Below are positions 50,401 to 63,846 of a DNA stretch of 64,000 bases, piece by piece. The first letter of the stretch is position 1, and every line of letters starts with the position of its first letter. Position numbers and translations under genes: made by a program. Below the pieces are notes generated by a model, which was not told where the DNA came from, searched no databases, and worked only from the letters and a program-made list of their open reading frames with translations. This DNA is from Styela clava (taxonomy: Eukaryota), in assembly GCF_964204865.1 (NCBI RefSeq), contig NC_135253.1, positions 13,268,001-13,332,000 on the forward strand, given 5' to 3'.

Positions 50401-52080
50401 GCGAAAATCGAATTAAAAAAAGAACAAGAAAATACAAACAAAAATTACATTTGAACCTTATCGATTCAAGTCTAAATAGTTAGTCATTTACAACTGGGTT
50501 TAGAAATATGGGACATTTTTGTATTTGCAACATGCAATGCTTCAGTTTTTAGATCATTTCTTGGATACCCTAATACATCAACACAAGTCGGTAATCTTGC
50601 ATTCTGAAAACAATTTTACGCAATTTAGGCTTTCCTATCAGGTGAAGTATTGTGTCGAAAATGCAGAGGTGTAAACGCTTAGTCGCTCAGCTCAATAAAA
50701 ATTGACAAATCAGAAACAATCGAGCTTATGCACGGCTTAGCGCAAACAAGTCTTTGTTAAACACAGCAACCACGCACGAACGAAATGTTAATAACCGTCA
50801 CTACCCATAGAACTCTCAAAAACATCTACTGGGTGCTCGATGGAGATAAACTACCGCAGGTCCACAGATCATGTTTACATAAAACAAATTTACGGGTTAA
50901 ACATTAACACCGACATAGAATGACCTGTTTGTCATTATTACCAGGCACTGACATATTACGCCTAGACATATTGCGAAATCTGTTCAAATTCAATTGTTAT
51001 TAAAAAAATCATTGAACCTTATGACAGTGTGAACAGCGACAGAAATCAAACGACAAGCGTTTTGCAGAAAATGACTTTTGAAGCAGGTGCATTCCTGGTA
51101 CAATGATATGGCACCAAACACGTTATGAGACTTTGGGTTAATTTAGTGGTCACAAGATTCAATTAATTCAACTCATTTGTTTATATATTTACATGTTTTT
51201 ACAAAAATAAATAATAATTCTACAAAAGATGTTGAAATTGAAAGAATTAGTGGTTATAAACGTAAAACTGATGAATTTCTTCCGTAATAGCCAAACTCTG
51301 TTCTCAATACGTTATTCCTTTTTGGTTTCTGAGTAATTGCAATATATTTTACTGTTTATACAAATTGTTGGCAGACTGAAATCAAAGAAATAATTTACAG
51401 ATAATATTAAACTTGACATAAAACTGATTTTGAGATTTTAAAACTCTCAACTCCGACATAGCTGTGAATGTGGGCAGCAAAAACCAAATCACAAAAGAAC
51501 ATGAAAATTTGAAACATCTCGATTCGAGTTTAGATGGTGCACCATTTACCACTGGGATATTTTGGATATATTATATTGGATATTTTTGTACCTGTAAAAT
51601 CCAATAAAATATCTACTGGGAGCTCGATATTGTGTGTCTGCTTCATATCTGCGCAATAATCATTTGCTCTGTATTTGCGCAAGTTCAAGCGTTGACTGAC
51701 AATATTAATCACCGTGGTTTAGTAACCTACATGGTTTCAGACATACATACAATAGTTTCATTGATGTTCGAGATGGATTATACGCTGCAAGATCATTGTA
51801 TTTCACATATTTGTGTTTATAGCAATATTTATATGTAGGCCAAGCATGATCTCTTCGAAACGTTTAGAGTTCCACACTCATATCGAAGATAAGTGGAACT
51901 TAACTAACAAAGGAGAAACAACCGCGGGTCCAAAGACTACGTTTGCATATAACAAATTTAATTTTTGATCAAGCAATCGCTTTCAATTATTGATAAATAA
52001 AAAAGTTTATTGAACCTCACGACACATTTTGATGAGATCCACTTCGGCAGTTATTATCCAACGATAAGCGTTCTGCAATA
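47440..52080. repeat. Degenerate tandem array of ~1 kb units immediately upstream of exon 1
   Basis: Marker gctcgatggagataaactacc at 48168, 49138, 50835 and degenerate near 51912; gttattatccaacga and aaaatgcaga..gtaaacgctc blocks also recur. Confidence 0.8.
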
Positions 52081-52084
52081 AGGT

Positions 52085-52190
52085 CATTTCCTCCTTTCCT
52101 CGTATTTGTTATCCTATACCACGCATTTCTTCAGAACGATCGAAATGCATTGCAAATTTAGAATATTTTCCACATCCGGATTGATGAGTA
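52085..52190 (-). pseudogene. Decayed copy of coding exon 1
   Basis: DVENILNLQCISIVLKKCVV* vs exon 1 GVENSARLQCISVVLKKCVVY; TAG at 52114-52116. Confidence 0.75.
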
Positions 52191-52755
52191 TATTCATAAT
52201 TTTCTAGTAGTATTGACAATTGTGATATGTTAAACTTATTTCGGTAACTAAACAAAGGCTTATGATGTTTTACGAAAGAATCGCAGTCAACAGAACTCAA
52301 GCTATACCAAGTTTTGCCATCGCAGATTCCTGCGTTTTAGGTGTATACCTGCTCCTTTTCTGAAACCCTCGACTTCTTCTCTCTTATACATTAATGTAAC
52401 GCAGACCACGAGTATGAAATGTGAAGCGAATGATCGTTCGTCCACGGTTCCACAGAAAATCTCTATAATAATTCATATCAAACAATATAGATAACGTTTT
52501 GTTTATAAAACAATGAAATAAGATATATCAAGCATAATTACTAAAACATAGGTCAATTTACTGATCGCAAAACTTTTGTCTTAGACAGATATCAGCTTGC
52601 CAGAAAATGCCACAATATGATGCGCATTCTTAAAGATTTTGTCATTCTGGGTAGGCCGCGAGAATCCCATTTGTTAAGAATAGCATTTAGGATGAAATGC
52701 ATTTTTTTGATGTGGAACCGATATCTTAAGATCCTATGCTGAAATAACGCTGAGA

Positions 52756-53223
52756 CAGCGTTTTCCAAACTTTTTGCGCATGTGACACACTTTTGAAACA
52801 CAAAAATTTTAAAACCAAAATTTTACGTTAAAAATTCTAAAGAATTTATACGAGCTAGTTTGATTTGATTTAACCTAGCATTTTTATATTTTGTTGAATG
52901 CGAGATTGGGATATTCGCATTTTGTCATCAAATATTAATGCATTAGTGTAGGAGGAAACTGTAGTAGACGAATTATAAACGTATTTTTTTCGTAAGTAAG
53001 TTTTAAACCTGATCATGAATGTAGTGCGTAGGTCTAATAAAGTCTAAAGCACATAAAATTTCAAAAGATCAGTAATTCTGATACCACGATTTTAACGACG
53101 AAGTCACTTAAAATTGTTATTAAACTGTATCTAACCGGTTTGTTTGAAGTTCATTTGGCAGCAACATATCGTTCTGCAATCAACACACTCAATGTGTTGA
53201 CACACACAGTTTGGGCAGCTTTG
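52756..53223. mobile_element. Degenerate hAT-like MITE; partial second copy from 53763
   Basis: CAGCGTTTTCCAAACT ... AGTTTGGGCAGCTTTG with subterminal GACACAC. Confidence 0.45.
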
Positions 53224-54219
53224 CATTGGGCAAAGCTAATGCAACCAAGGACACACGTCGTCAATATGGTTAGTCATATCATACTGTGTTCTTATTGAGC
53301 TACATATAGTTCCGTGTTGCTGGCCACAATAGCGGTGGTTCATATGATTCAGCGTCGGCATTACTTAGCCATCGGCGAAGCAAAAACACGCATGAAACGG
53401 TTTATGGGCAAACCGCTAAAAATACAAGGTACAAATACATATACAAGAAATAAAGTGTTGCAAAGGTGGAATATTTCCCACATCCGTATTGATAAGTATA
53501 TTTATAATTTTCTAGTAGTATTCACAATTGTGATATGCATATATACTAAACGTATTTCGATAATTGAGCAAGGGGTTATGTTTTTTACAAAAGAAGCGCA
53601 TTCCATACAGCTCAAGTTATATTGAGTTTTGCCATCGCAGATTCCAGCGTTTTGGGTATATACCTGCTCCTTTGCTCTAACAATTGACTTCATCTCTCTT
53701 AAAGTTATATATCAAATGTAATGCAGAACACGAGCATGAAATGTGGTGTATTATTGTTCGGACAGCGCTTTCCAAACTTTTAAAACCCAAATCTCAGCTT
53801 GAAAGTTCCAAAGAATATATATGACCTATAGGTCGATTGAACATCGCATTTTTATATTTGGTTGAATGCGGTATTTGGATATTTGCAAGTTGTCGTTAAA
53901 TATTAATGCATGAGTGTAGGAGAACAGTTAATGTTCTATACAGTTAATGTACTATAGAAGAGTCGTATATTTCACGAAAAAGAGACTCCAGCTTGTCCGA
54001 AAATGCCAGTTATATAAATAGCGTCGATTTCAAAATCGCCAGTCAGACGTGTGAAATTGTTGACGCGACTCAGACAGGAAATCATTAACATCAACTCCTT
54101 CATAATGACTTATTATTGGTTTTGCAGAGGTGGGCAACATACGGCCCGCGGGCCGGATGAGATTTTGACCGGCCCGCTGACTGTGCATCAGTACATTATC
54201 ACTTTTAGTACATTATGAT

Positions 54220-54671
54220 TGTTACTGGGGCCAATAGTTAGTTTTCGTATTGTGTGTACCCCCTTTCAAAGTTAGCTCCTGTGTATTACCGCTAGTGGGC
54301 AGTGGTTCACTGATGTGTATTCTTAGTTACCGTCTCTTCGGCAAGAACCTGAAACCGGGAGCGCACATAGTAAATTTGCTCATCTACTTTATCTGTTTAT
54401 CGTAGAACTATTGGTTGGATAGACACAATTGTCATTTACCGCAATCAATTCCTGTATAGTTGCTTTATTGGATTACATTTAATAACTGAATACTCTGTTT
54501 AACTGTGGATTTACTTGGATTAAAATATCATTTCAAACAACAATATCAGAGCTGCATATTTCCAGTGTATCATAGACAGCAAGACAGGTTTTGGGAGCGC
54601 GTATAAATGCATTGCAGTCATAGACTATTTGCGGGGCTATTGAACTAAGTTGGACTTTGGCTACCGTAACA
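54220..54671 (+). repeat. 5' LTR (452 bp)
   Basis: TGTTAC...GTAACA terminal inverted repeat; by eye it differs from the 3' LTR by about 2 substitutions and 2 indels. Confidence 0.96.
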
Positions 54672-54694
54672 GTAAATGACAAAGTCTATCAGCC
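54672..54694 (+). promoter_or_regulatory. Non-tRNA primer-binding site complementary to LTR-internal sequence
   Basis: GTAAATGACAA is the reverse complement of TTGTCATTTAC (54429-54439); GTCTATC is the reverse complement of GATAGAC (54418-54424); no TGG motif. Confidence 0.7.
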
Positions 54695-54731
54695 TTTGAA
54701 GTATTTGGTTGTATTAAGAAGAGTGGAAGTA

Positions 54732-56766
54732 CCGTAAAAGCAGGTAACTTCGGATGATTTCACTATATTATGAACAATTTCTCCGCCGTTTATTGTTCAA
54801 TTGAAGCCAAACTTGGAATATAATACATTGAAGCCTTTCTCCTCGCGATAAACTCGGTTTCATATCAATCAATACTTTTTTTCATTCAAATTATTGACTT
54901 TATTTGCCTGCCGATCTGTATTCCAAATGTTTATAACTTCGGATGGCCACTTTTCGCTTTGCGTCACTTCGTCGTGAGAGAGAAATGTCTGCGTGATCAT
55001 TGACGCGTGATAACGTCGCTGCGTAGAACTTACGACGCCGTGATCCGTTTTGCGTGTCGCACACTGACGTTCATCTATGACGGCCGTTTTTGTGATTATT
55101 AATTCTTCCGGGTCGGCGGACATCAAAGTTTTATATATCTGGTGTACCCGTGTTTACATCGGCAACAGCTCTTGAAGACAAGAAGGACTGATTTCAAAAC
55201 CCAAATTAATTTTGTTCTGATTTAATCTTATGTGTTGGCTTTGATCTTACTTATCACCGTTTGTATACTATTAATCGTTCGAGTTTAAAGCGAACGGTGA
55301 TATTATTATCGTCGCCGAGATGGAGATATTTATTAAGACGATGATTGATGTTGTTATGCTTTGCACCCGCGATTGTGCGAATACTGAATTTTTATTTATA
55401 ATAACGATTGAATAAATCGGCCGTTATGCATTTATACTTGTCATAAGGCTTTTGGTCCTGATAGCGGGTCGGACACTAATTATAACTATATTGACAGTGT
55501 CGCGCCATAATTATTACCGCTAAATGCTTCAAAATACAACGCATGTAATAATTTTGCCCAGCCCTATTCCTGACGTTTCGCAAAACTAAACCATTTATCT
55601 CTTGACTATTCTTAATTTCATGAAAGTGCTATATCTTGCTATTATGATCGTTTCAATACGAAACAAAAATGAGACAACATGGGACAAATGAAAATAAAAA
55701 ACGGACGAATAAAATAAGTCGTAAAAGTAAAAATGGAAAACAATTTTTAATACAAAACAAAAATGAAACGAATGAAAATAATAAAAAAGAAAAATGGATG
55801 ATGAATTACGGTAGGTAGTGAAAGTAAAAAAAATGGAAGTGGACAACAATATGGAACAGTGTAGCTTGTGGCCGTGTTGATAATTCAGATGTAATGTATT
55901 CACAGGCAGATAGACATGAAACGGATAAAAACGCCAAAAACCTCCAACCTCCTGCTGTGTGCACCTGTGCAGAGTTTCATGCTCACCTGTGCAACATTCT
56001 ACTCTTAATATATTATCATCGCCGATCGTAAAACCTTGTCATTGTGATAGTATAGATACGCGTATCTGGCTGTTCATCAGCCTTACGTATCAACAACATC
56101 TATACGGTCGAAGAATGCCGAAATGTTAACACACAAATTTAATGTGCATTAATCGGATTCACAATAAATAAACAGCATATGACCGGGGCTATAATTAAGT
56201 TTTTGTAGGATTTGGTGACGAGGATCAGGTAGGAGTTTTCACTTTATATTTAACTACACGTGGCGCCACATAGTCTGGCGTTCAAATGTCGCAGCGAGTT
56301 ACGCACGAGCTACGCAATGTGACGTCGGCCTTAAATGGAGCGAAATTGAATCACGTTGTTGACGTCACGTTCAGCGTAAGCACCGTAACGTCGATATTTT
56401 GACGAAATTTTTAAATCAAAATAATATATTTTACTTGAATCTCGTACGACATCTCGTGATCACTGTAATTTTCCTTGTACATTGTGTATGCCCTCTAGCG
56501 ATTGACGGTCTTTTAGTGAAGTTAGCGTCGATAGAGGTCGCTATTTTAGCCGCTCAAAAGCGAGGTGTCAATTTTTGGCAAAAAGGTGATTTTTTGTGTC
56601 AAAAAATAAATCCTATTAGGCGACTGAATATGATAAGAGATTAAGATATATAAGGACTCTCTATAGAAACTGCCAGAAGCAGAATATGACGTAATTTAGT
56701 CGAGATATAAACGATTGAAAATTTCATCCGAAGTTATAAACCATCCGAAGTTACCTGCGTTTACGG
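54732..56766. mobile_element. Non-autonomous TA-target (pogo-like) DNA transposon inside the BEL 5' UTR
   Basis: 25-bp TIRs CCGTAAA(A/C)GCAGGTAACTTCGGATG; TA TSD (54730-54731, 56767-56768); internal copies of TAACTTCGGATG; no transposase ORF. Confidence 0.9.
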
Positions 56767-56952
56767 TAATTGACAACATATCTTCCAGCCTTTAGTAGAA
56801 AGGCGTAACAGTAAATGACAAAGTCTATCAGCCTTTGGAGTATTTGGTTGTATTAAGAAGAGTGGAAGTAATTGACAACATATCTTCCAGCCTTTAGTAG
56901 AAAGGCGTAACAGTAAATGACAAAGTCTATCAGCCTTTAGAAGAGTGGAAGT
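56767..56952 (+). repeat. 102-bp tandem repeat in the BEL 5' UTR (first unit starts at 54672 and is interrupted by the DNA transposon)
   Basis: CGTAACA|GTAAATGACAAAGTCTATCAGCCTTT at 54665, 56804 and 56906. Confidence 0.88.
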
Positions 56953-57133
56953 TCCAGCTTGGAGGCCTGAGTACTGTTGTGAAAGGAAAAAGTAGATTAT
57001 CAGTGGTGACAGCACTGATAAAAGCTGAAGAGTTTCCCTAGTCATTTAACTAACAGGAGTTTACAGTAACTGACTGGCAACAGTGTTGCTTTCCGTTTGG
57101 GTGACAGCAGGACAGTGTAAACAGATTTATTTC

Positions 57134-60100
57134 ATGATGAAATCTGCGCGAAAAAGGTTTGCAAAAGGTAAACTTGTAACTTCTGAGCCAGCATCCATGG
57201 AACATGGTGATATTGTAAACATTACAAAGAGAAAGATCAGACCGTCATCGAAAGTTGTGGAAAATAGGAAACAAGAGTTTGATCAACAGAGGCAAAGCGT
57301 ATCTAAACTTTGTCAGAAGCTTGTGAAACTATGCGAAACAGCAAAGCATGTTAGCCATATCCTAAGAGCATCATCTGCAATACGTGCATCTTCACGGGAA
57401 TTAATGGTGATGTGGTCAGCGCTTGAAGAGATGGTGTCAAGAAAGGAGAGGACATCTTTGTTTCGGGGTATTCAACAAGTGGACAGAGAAGTGAAAGATG
57501 CGACTAGGATTGCTGAAGAAACTGTTGATAATCTCATGGAAAAGAGAGATGAAAGTTCATCCAGAAGCTCCACATATCGGACATCTGCATCTAGTAATGT
57601 TAGTCATAAATCAGAAAAGATTGCTCTTGACAGTAAGCAAGAATGGTATGATTTACAGAAGGATGTTGGGGAACTCGAAGTTAAAGTAAAATCCGTGGAA
57701 GAAGAGAAGTTGCTCAATCTTCAGGCACTACATCTGGAATATCAAAGAAAAATGAAGATTTTGGCTGATGAAAGTCAACTTCAAATGCATAAGTTAATGC
57801 AGCAAAGCCAGTTGGAATTGCACTTGCACAAGAAGGAACTCGAGTCGAAGAAGGCAAGAGCACAAGTTTGCAAGAAGGTCCAGCAAGTTGAAAATCCTTT
57901 CGGGTTGAATGAAGAAGATTTTATTGCAAATTCAAGTAGTCAACAATCACAGATCTTGAAATCAGATTGGGATCATAGTTTGAAAACAATTCATGGAGAA
58001 GATAACTCAAATGATATTGTATGTGAGAATATTAATTCAGGTATGAATTCACAACATGCAAATGCTTTTCAGCATTCTCCATCAGGTGCGTACACTACAT
58101 TTGTTTCTCCTGAAGTTAACATGAATAGTGTTTCTCATGTAAATAATGATTTAAGTGCATGTTTGAGAGAGTTGGCAATATCAAATAGTATGCTAGCCAA
58201 TGCATATGCTTTGCCACAAATTAAAGTTGATATTTTTGATGGTAATCCATTAAAATTTCCTGCCTGGGAATCTGATTTTGATGCTCTTATTGAAGCTAAA
58301 ACTACCAATGTACGCCAAAAACATAATTTACTCAGTCAACATTTATCAGGGGATCCTGAAACAATGATTCAAGATCTTGTGTTGTTACAGTCTGATACTG
58401 CGTATGCAGAAGCAAAGGAAAAATTAAAGTCAAGATATGGCAATGAAAGTGTCATATGTAAAGCATTTCTTGACAAATTGGCATCATGGCCAAGAATTAG
58501 ATTTCGTGATGCTGCTGGAATTCAGAGATATGGTGATTTCCTTGACCAAGTCAAAGTTGCAAAACATAAGATCAAAGATCTGGAGGTACTTGATTTTTCT
58601 GTTGAAAGTGTAAAAGTAATTGAACGTTTACCAACCTATTTGCAAGATGCTTGGCGTGGTACTGTTAAAAATTGGAGATCAAAATATGGAAAAAATAGCT
58701 ATCCACCTTTTGATGAAATTGTTAAATTTGTAAATGAAGCGTCAGAAAAGGAGAATATTCCTGAGCTTGAACATATGAACAAAAATCGTGAATATGTGAA
58801 GTCATATGATGACAGGGAAAAGAAAAGTAAGTCTTTTTCCAGTTATAGAAGTGCACAGAATGCGAGAGCATATGCTCATAAAGTAGAAAATATGAATGCG
58901 AACAAATGCCCATTCTGTAGTGTTTGTCATCATATAGATGATTGTGATGAATTTGGTAAATTGTCAATAAAGGACAAGAAGACCTTTTTTCTGAAAGAGA
59001 GACTGTGTTATGGATGTGGTTCTAATAGAGGTCACAGGGTTAATTTTTGTAAGCAGAGGGTTACATGTAAGATTTGCAATAAGTTACATTTGACTGCCCT
59101 CCATGTGGATAAAACTCTTGATAAAAGTGATTCTAAATGTACTCAAGTTTGCACCATAGAAGGTCAAAGTGGTGGCAAACATAATTCTATGATTGTTCCA
59201 GTATTTGTGAGAAATAGTAAAAATCCAACTAAGGAAATCCAGTGCTACTGCATATTAGATGATCAATCTAATTGTTGTTTTGTTTCTGAGGAATTGCAAA
59301 AGCAACTTGATGTGAAAGGTGTACAGACACAGTTAAATCTCTCTACAATGATGAAATCTGGAGCGTTGGTGTCTTCGCAGAGAATCAGAGGACTACAAGT
59401 GATGAGTATGGATCGTCAAGTAAAGATAGATATTCCACAAGCTTATACTCGTGAGCAAGTACCTGCGAGCCCTTCACAAATTCCAAAACCTGAAGTTGCC
59501 AAACAGTGGAAACATTTGGAAAAAATTGCAGACAAACTTATGCCTTATGATTCAAAATTGAAGGTCAGTATTCTCATTGGTAGTAACATTCCTAGTGCGG
59601 TAAGGCCTCGTGACATAATTCATGGAAGGGAAAATGATCCATATGGTCAAAAGTCTATATTGGGTTGGGGAATAATTGGAAATGTTTGCAAAAATGGCAA
59701 ACGTGATGATAAAAGTTCAATATCTCATCGTGTCGAAGTGACACAAGATTGTTCCACAGCGGAAAATCTGTTAGAGAGCAATGGTAAATCATCATTTGTA
59801 TTTTCCACAAAAGTAAAAGAAATTGTAAGTCCTCAACAGATCAATCAGATGATGGAAATAGATTTTGTTGATCACAAAAGTAAGCATGAAAATATGTCAA
59901 TTGAGGATCAAAGATTTGTGAATATACTTTCTGAAAATGTTATTAAATGTGACAATGGAATGTATGAAATGCCTTTACCATTGAAATGTGACCAAGTTAA
60001 ATTACCGAATAACAAGCCCATGGTATTGAAACGAGTAATGCAATTGAAAAAACGATTTGAAAAGGATTCAGAGTATAAAAGTAAATATGTTGAATTCATG

Positions 60101-63100
60101 GAAGATATGATAAAAAATTATGCTGAAAGGGTGCCAGAAAATAGACTTGTTGTTAGTGATGGAAAAGTTAATTATGTGCCACATACTGCTGTTTTTCATA
60201 GTAAGAAGAAAACCATCAGAGTTGTTTTCGATTTGAGTGCTTTGTATAAAGGAGAATGCATTAATGATCATTTGCTCACTGGACCAGATCTTATGAGTGG
60301 AATGACAGGAATTTTGTGCCGATTTCGGAAAGAGGAAATTGCTGTAATGGGAGACATAAAAGGTATGTTCCATCAGTTTGTTGTACGAGAACAAGACAGA
60401 GATTTGTTGAGATTCTTTTGGTGGAATAATGGTAACACCGAATCAGAATTAACTGAGTATAGAATGACTTGACATCCATTTGGTGCTCGTAGTAGCCCAG
60501 GTGTTGCAATGTATGGATTGAAATTAGCTGGAGATGATGGTGAAGAGGCATTTGGGATAGAAGCAGCTGATTTTGTGAGAGATAATTTTTATGTGGATGA
60601 TGGTTTACAGTCTCTCGAAACTGTTAATGAAGCTAAGTTGCTCATTAAAAATAGTACTTCTCTGTGTGCCAAAGCAGGTCTAAAGTTGCATAAATTTGTG
60701 TCGAATCGGAGAGAAGTCCTAGAATCTGTTCCTGAATGTGATCGGGCTAGTAGTGTAAAAACAATTGATTTGAATAATGATCCTCTTCCAATTGAGAGAG
60801 TTCTAGGTATGCTGTGGGATGTGAATGATGATGTTTTTCGCTATCATTTGCAATTGAAAAATCAACCACGAACCAGAAGAGGATTTCTATCAATTGTGAG
60901 TTCTATATTTGATCCAATGGGATTTCTGTCACCTGTGATATTGGAAGGTAAGAAAATTTTGCAGGAACTTTGTAAAAGCAAAATTGATTGGGATGATCCT
61001 ATCCCAGAGAATGTACAACCAATCCAATGCATGGATTGACGACTTACATGGCATTGATTATTTAACAATTAGCAGATGCATCAAACCACCAAATTTTGGA
61101 GTAGTGAAAGTTGTTGAAATGCATCATTTCTCAGATGCATGTCAGTCTGGTTATGGTCAATGTTCATATGTCAGATTGGTGAATGAAAATGGAGATTCAC
61201 ACTGTACCTTGCTCATGGGGAAATCTCGTGTTGCTCCGTTGAAGCAAATTTCCATTCCAAGGATGGAATTGACAGCAGCTACAATTTCTGCACGAATGAG
61301 CAGATATTTACAGGAAGAACTAAGGTATGAAAATATTAAGGAATATTTTTGGGTTGATAGTATGGTGGTGCTGGGTTATGTGAACAATCCAGTGAAAAGA
61401 TTTCATGTATTTGTTGCAAATAGGATACAACAAATTCTTGATGTGTCTGATGTTAGTACATGGTTACATGTTGAATCTAATCAAAACCCAAGTGATTTGG
61501 CAAGTCGTGGTATATCAGTAAAAAAGTTAATTGCTGATTCAAAATGGTGGAATGGTCCTGAGTTTTTGCAATGTAAAGGAGCTTATGAACCACCAGAAGT
61601 TTCCTATGTACCAAATAATGAAACAGATGCCTTGTTGAAACATGAAATGAAAAAGGCAACAGCGTTCATAACAGTTGAAAAAGAAAATACTGTTGGGTAT
61701 AATTTTGATATTGATAGACTGGACATATTTTCTTCTTGGTTCAAAGCCAAGCGAGCTGTGGCCAACTGTATTCGATTTTGTCACAAGCTGAGAAAAGTTG
61801 ATTGTGCGAATAATTTGGAAGTCGAAAATTTGTAGATTTCAGAGAAAGTAATTATCAGATGTTTACAGCAAATTCATTTTTCAGAGGAAATAGAGCAGCT
61901 GCAAAGTTGTGCAGTTTCTGGTGCAATTTTGGATCGAGCCAAAATTAAAATTCGAAACAAACTTAGACGAAGTTCAATTTACAAATTGGATCCATATATC
62001 GATGAAGATGGACTAATTCGTGTAGGTGGTAGAATAGGGAGAGCAAATATGCCCATGGATTGTAAGCATCCATTGGTTTTGCTAAGACATTCTCATGTTA
62101 CTAATTTGATTATTCGTCATTTTCATATGAAAGTTCATCATATGGGACGCGGAATGACACTGAATGAGATACGTCAAAATGGGTATTGGATTGTTGGAGG
62201 CACCTCAGCTGTGTCACAATTTATAACTTCATGTGTTGCATGCAGACGTATCCGAAGACCTCTTGAGGTTCAAAGGATGAGCGATCTTCCAGAGGATCGT
62301 GTGAATGAAGCAGCCTTGTTTGATTATTCATCTGTTGATGTTTTCGGCCCTTTTGAAATAAAGGAGCGTAGATCTATTTTAAAGAGATATGGTATAATAT
62401 TCACTTGTTTATCTTCCAGAGCAGTTCATTTAGAGTCTGCAAATTCATTAGATACAGATTCATTTCTCAATACCTTGAGGAGATTCCTAGCAAGACGAGG
62501 AACAATTAAGCAGTTGAGAGCAGATTGTTGAACAAATTTTATTGGAGGAAGAAACGAATTACTAAAAGCTATTGGTGAGATAGATCAATGCAAGGTCAGA
62601 GAATATTTATTGTCTAATGAGTGTGATTGGTTCGAATTCAAGTTTAATGTTCCAAAATGTAGTCATATGCATGGAAGTTGTGAACGTCAAATAAGGACAG
62701 TTCGAAATGCTCTGGAGCCAATTATGCAGAAGTTCGGTTCACAGCTTGATGATGAAAGTTTTCGTACTGTACTTGTGGAGGCTGAACATTTGGTTAATTC
62801 TAAGCCACTTACAGTTTCTAATTTAGGTGATGTGGGTTCACCCGAGCCATTAACACCAAATCATCTTTTGACGATGAAGCCAAAGGTTCTTCTGCCTCCA
62901 CCTGGACAATTTCAAAGACCTGATGTATATGCAAGACGTCGATGGAGACGAGTCCAGTACATTGTGAACCAATTTTGGTATCGATGGAGATTGGAGTATC
63001 TACAAACACTACAACCAAGAGGGAAATGGACTAAAACTGAACTGAATTTATGTGTTGGAGATATTGTCATAGTGAACGATGAGAATGCCCCAAGAAATGA

Positions 63101-63308
63101 ATGGCAACTTGCCAGAGTTGATGCCTTGTATCCGTCTGAGGATGGCCTCATTCGAAAAGTTAGAGTTCTTGTTGCCGATTGTAATCTTGATTCCAGAGGC
63201 AAACGAACAAAAGCGGTGACATACCTCGACAGACCGATACATAAATTTGTGTTGTTGGTTCGTGCAGCCAATGATGGCGATTCCCCGGACGAGGAGCCAA
63301 CATCTTAG
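57134..63308 (+). pseudogene. BEL/Pao gag-pol polyprotein, disrupted
   Basis: Gag IFDGNPLKF; three Cys/His knuckles; protease ILDDQS; RT FYVDD; RNase H HFSDA; integrase HHCC plus D-D-E; C-terminal FWYRWRLEYL domain. Stops at 60470, 61833 and 62529; frameshift near 61020. Confidence 0.93.
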
Positions 63309-63389
63309 TTTTATTACTTTTTGTACTGTACATATGTTTCGTTTTAAAAAAGTTTTCTTTGCCAACAAAGAACCCTTTTTGGGGAGCCA

Positions 63390-63846
63390 TGTTACTGGGG
63401 CCAATAGTTAGTTTTCGTATTGTGTGTACCCCCTTTCAAAGTTAGCTCCTGTGTATTACCGCTAGTGGGCAGTGGTTCACTGATGTGTATTCTTAGTTAC
63501 CGTAAGGCCTCTTCGGCAAGAACCTGAAACCGGGAGCGCACATAGTAAATTTGCTCATCTACTTTATCTGTTTATCGTAGAACTATTGGTTGGATAGACA
63601 CAATTGTCATTTACCGCAATCAATTCCTGTATAGTTGCTTTATTGGATTACATTTAATAACTGAATACTCTGTTTAACTGTGGATTTACTTGGATTAAAA
63701 TATCATTTCAAACAACGATATCAGAGCTGCATATTTCCAGTGTATCATAGACAGCAAGACAGGTTTTGGGAGCGCGTATAAATACATTGCAGTCATAGAC
63801 TATTTGCGGGGCTATTGAACTAAGTTGGACTTTGGCTACCGTAACA
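63390..63846 (+). repeat. 3' LTR (457 bp)
   Basis: Direct repeat of 54220-54671. Confidence 0.96.

Larger units (their letters stand above)
54220..63846 (+). mobile_element. Full-length BEL/Pao LTR retrotransposon
   Basis: TG..CA LTRs, 5-bp TSD ATGAT (54215-54219, 63847-63851), PPT GGGGAG before the 3' LTR, gag-PR-RT-RH-IN domain order. Confidence 0.96.

Noticed and set aside
55595-55903. Hydrophobic Phe-rich ORF
   Set aside because: Translation of an A-rich low-complexity tract in the non-autonomous transposon.
56761-57045. ORF with an internal peptide repeat; possible CRISPR-like repeat
   Set aside because: Antisense reading of the 102-bp BEL UTR tandem repeat; no unique spacers; eukaryotic context.
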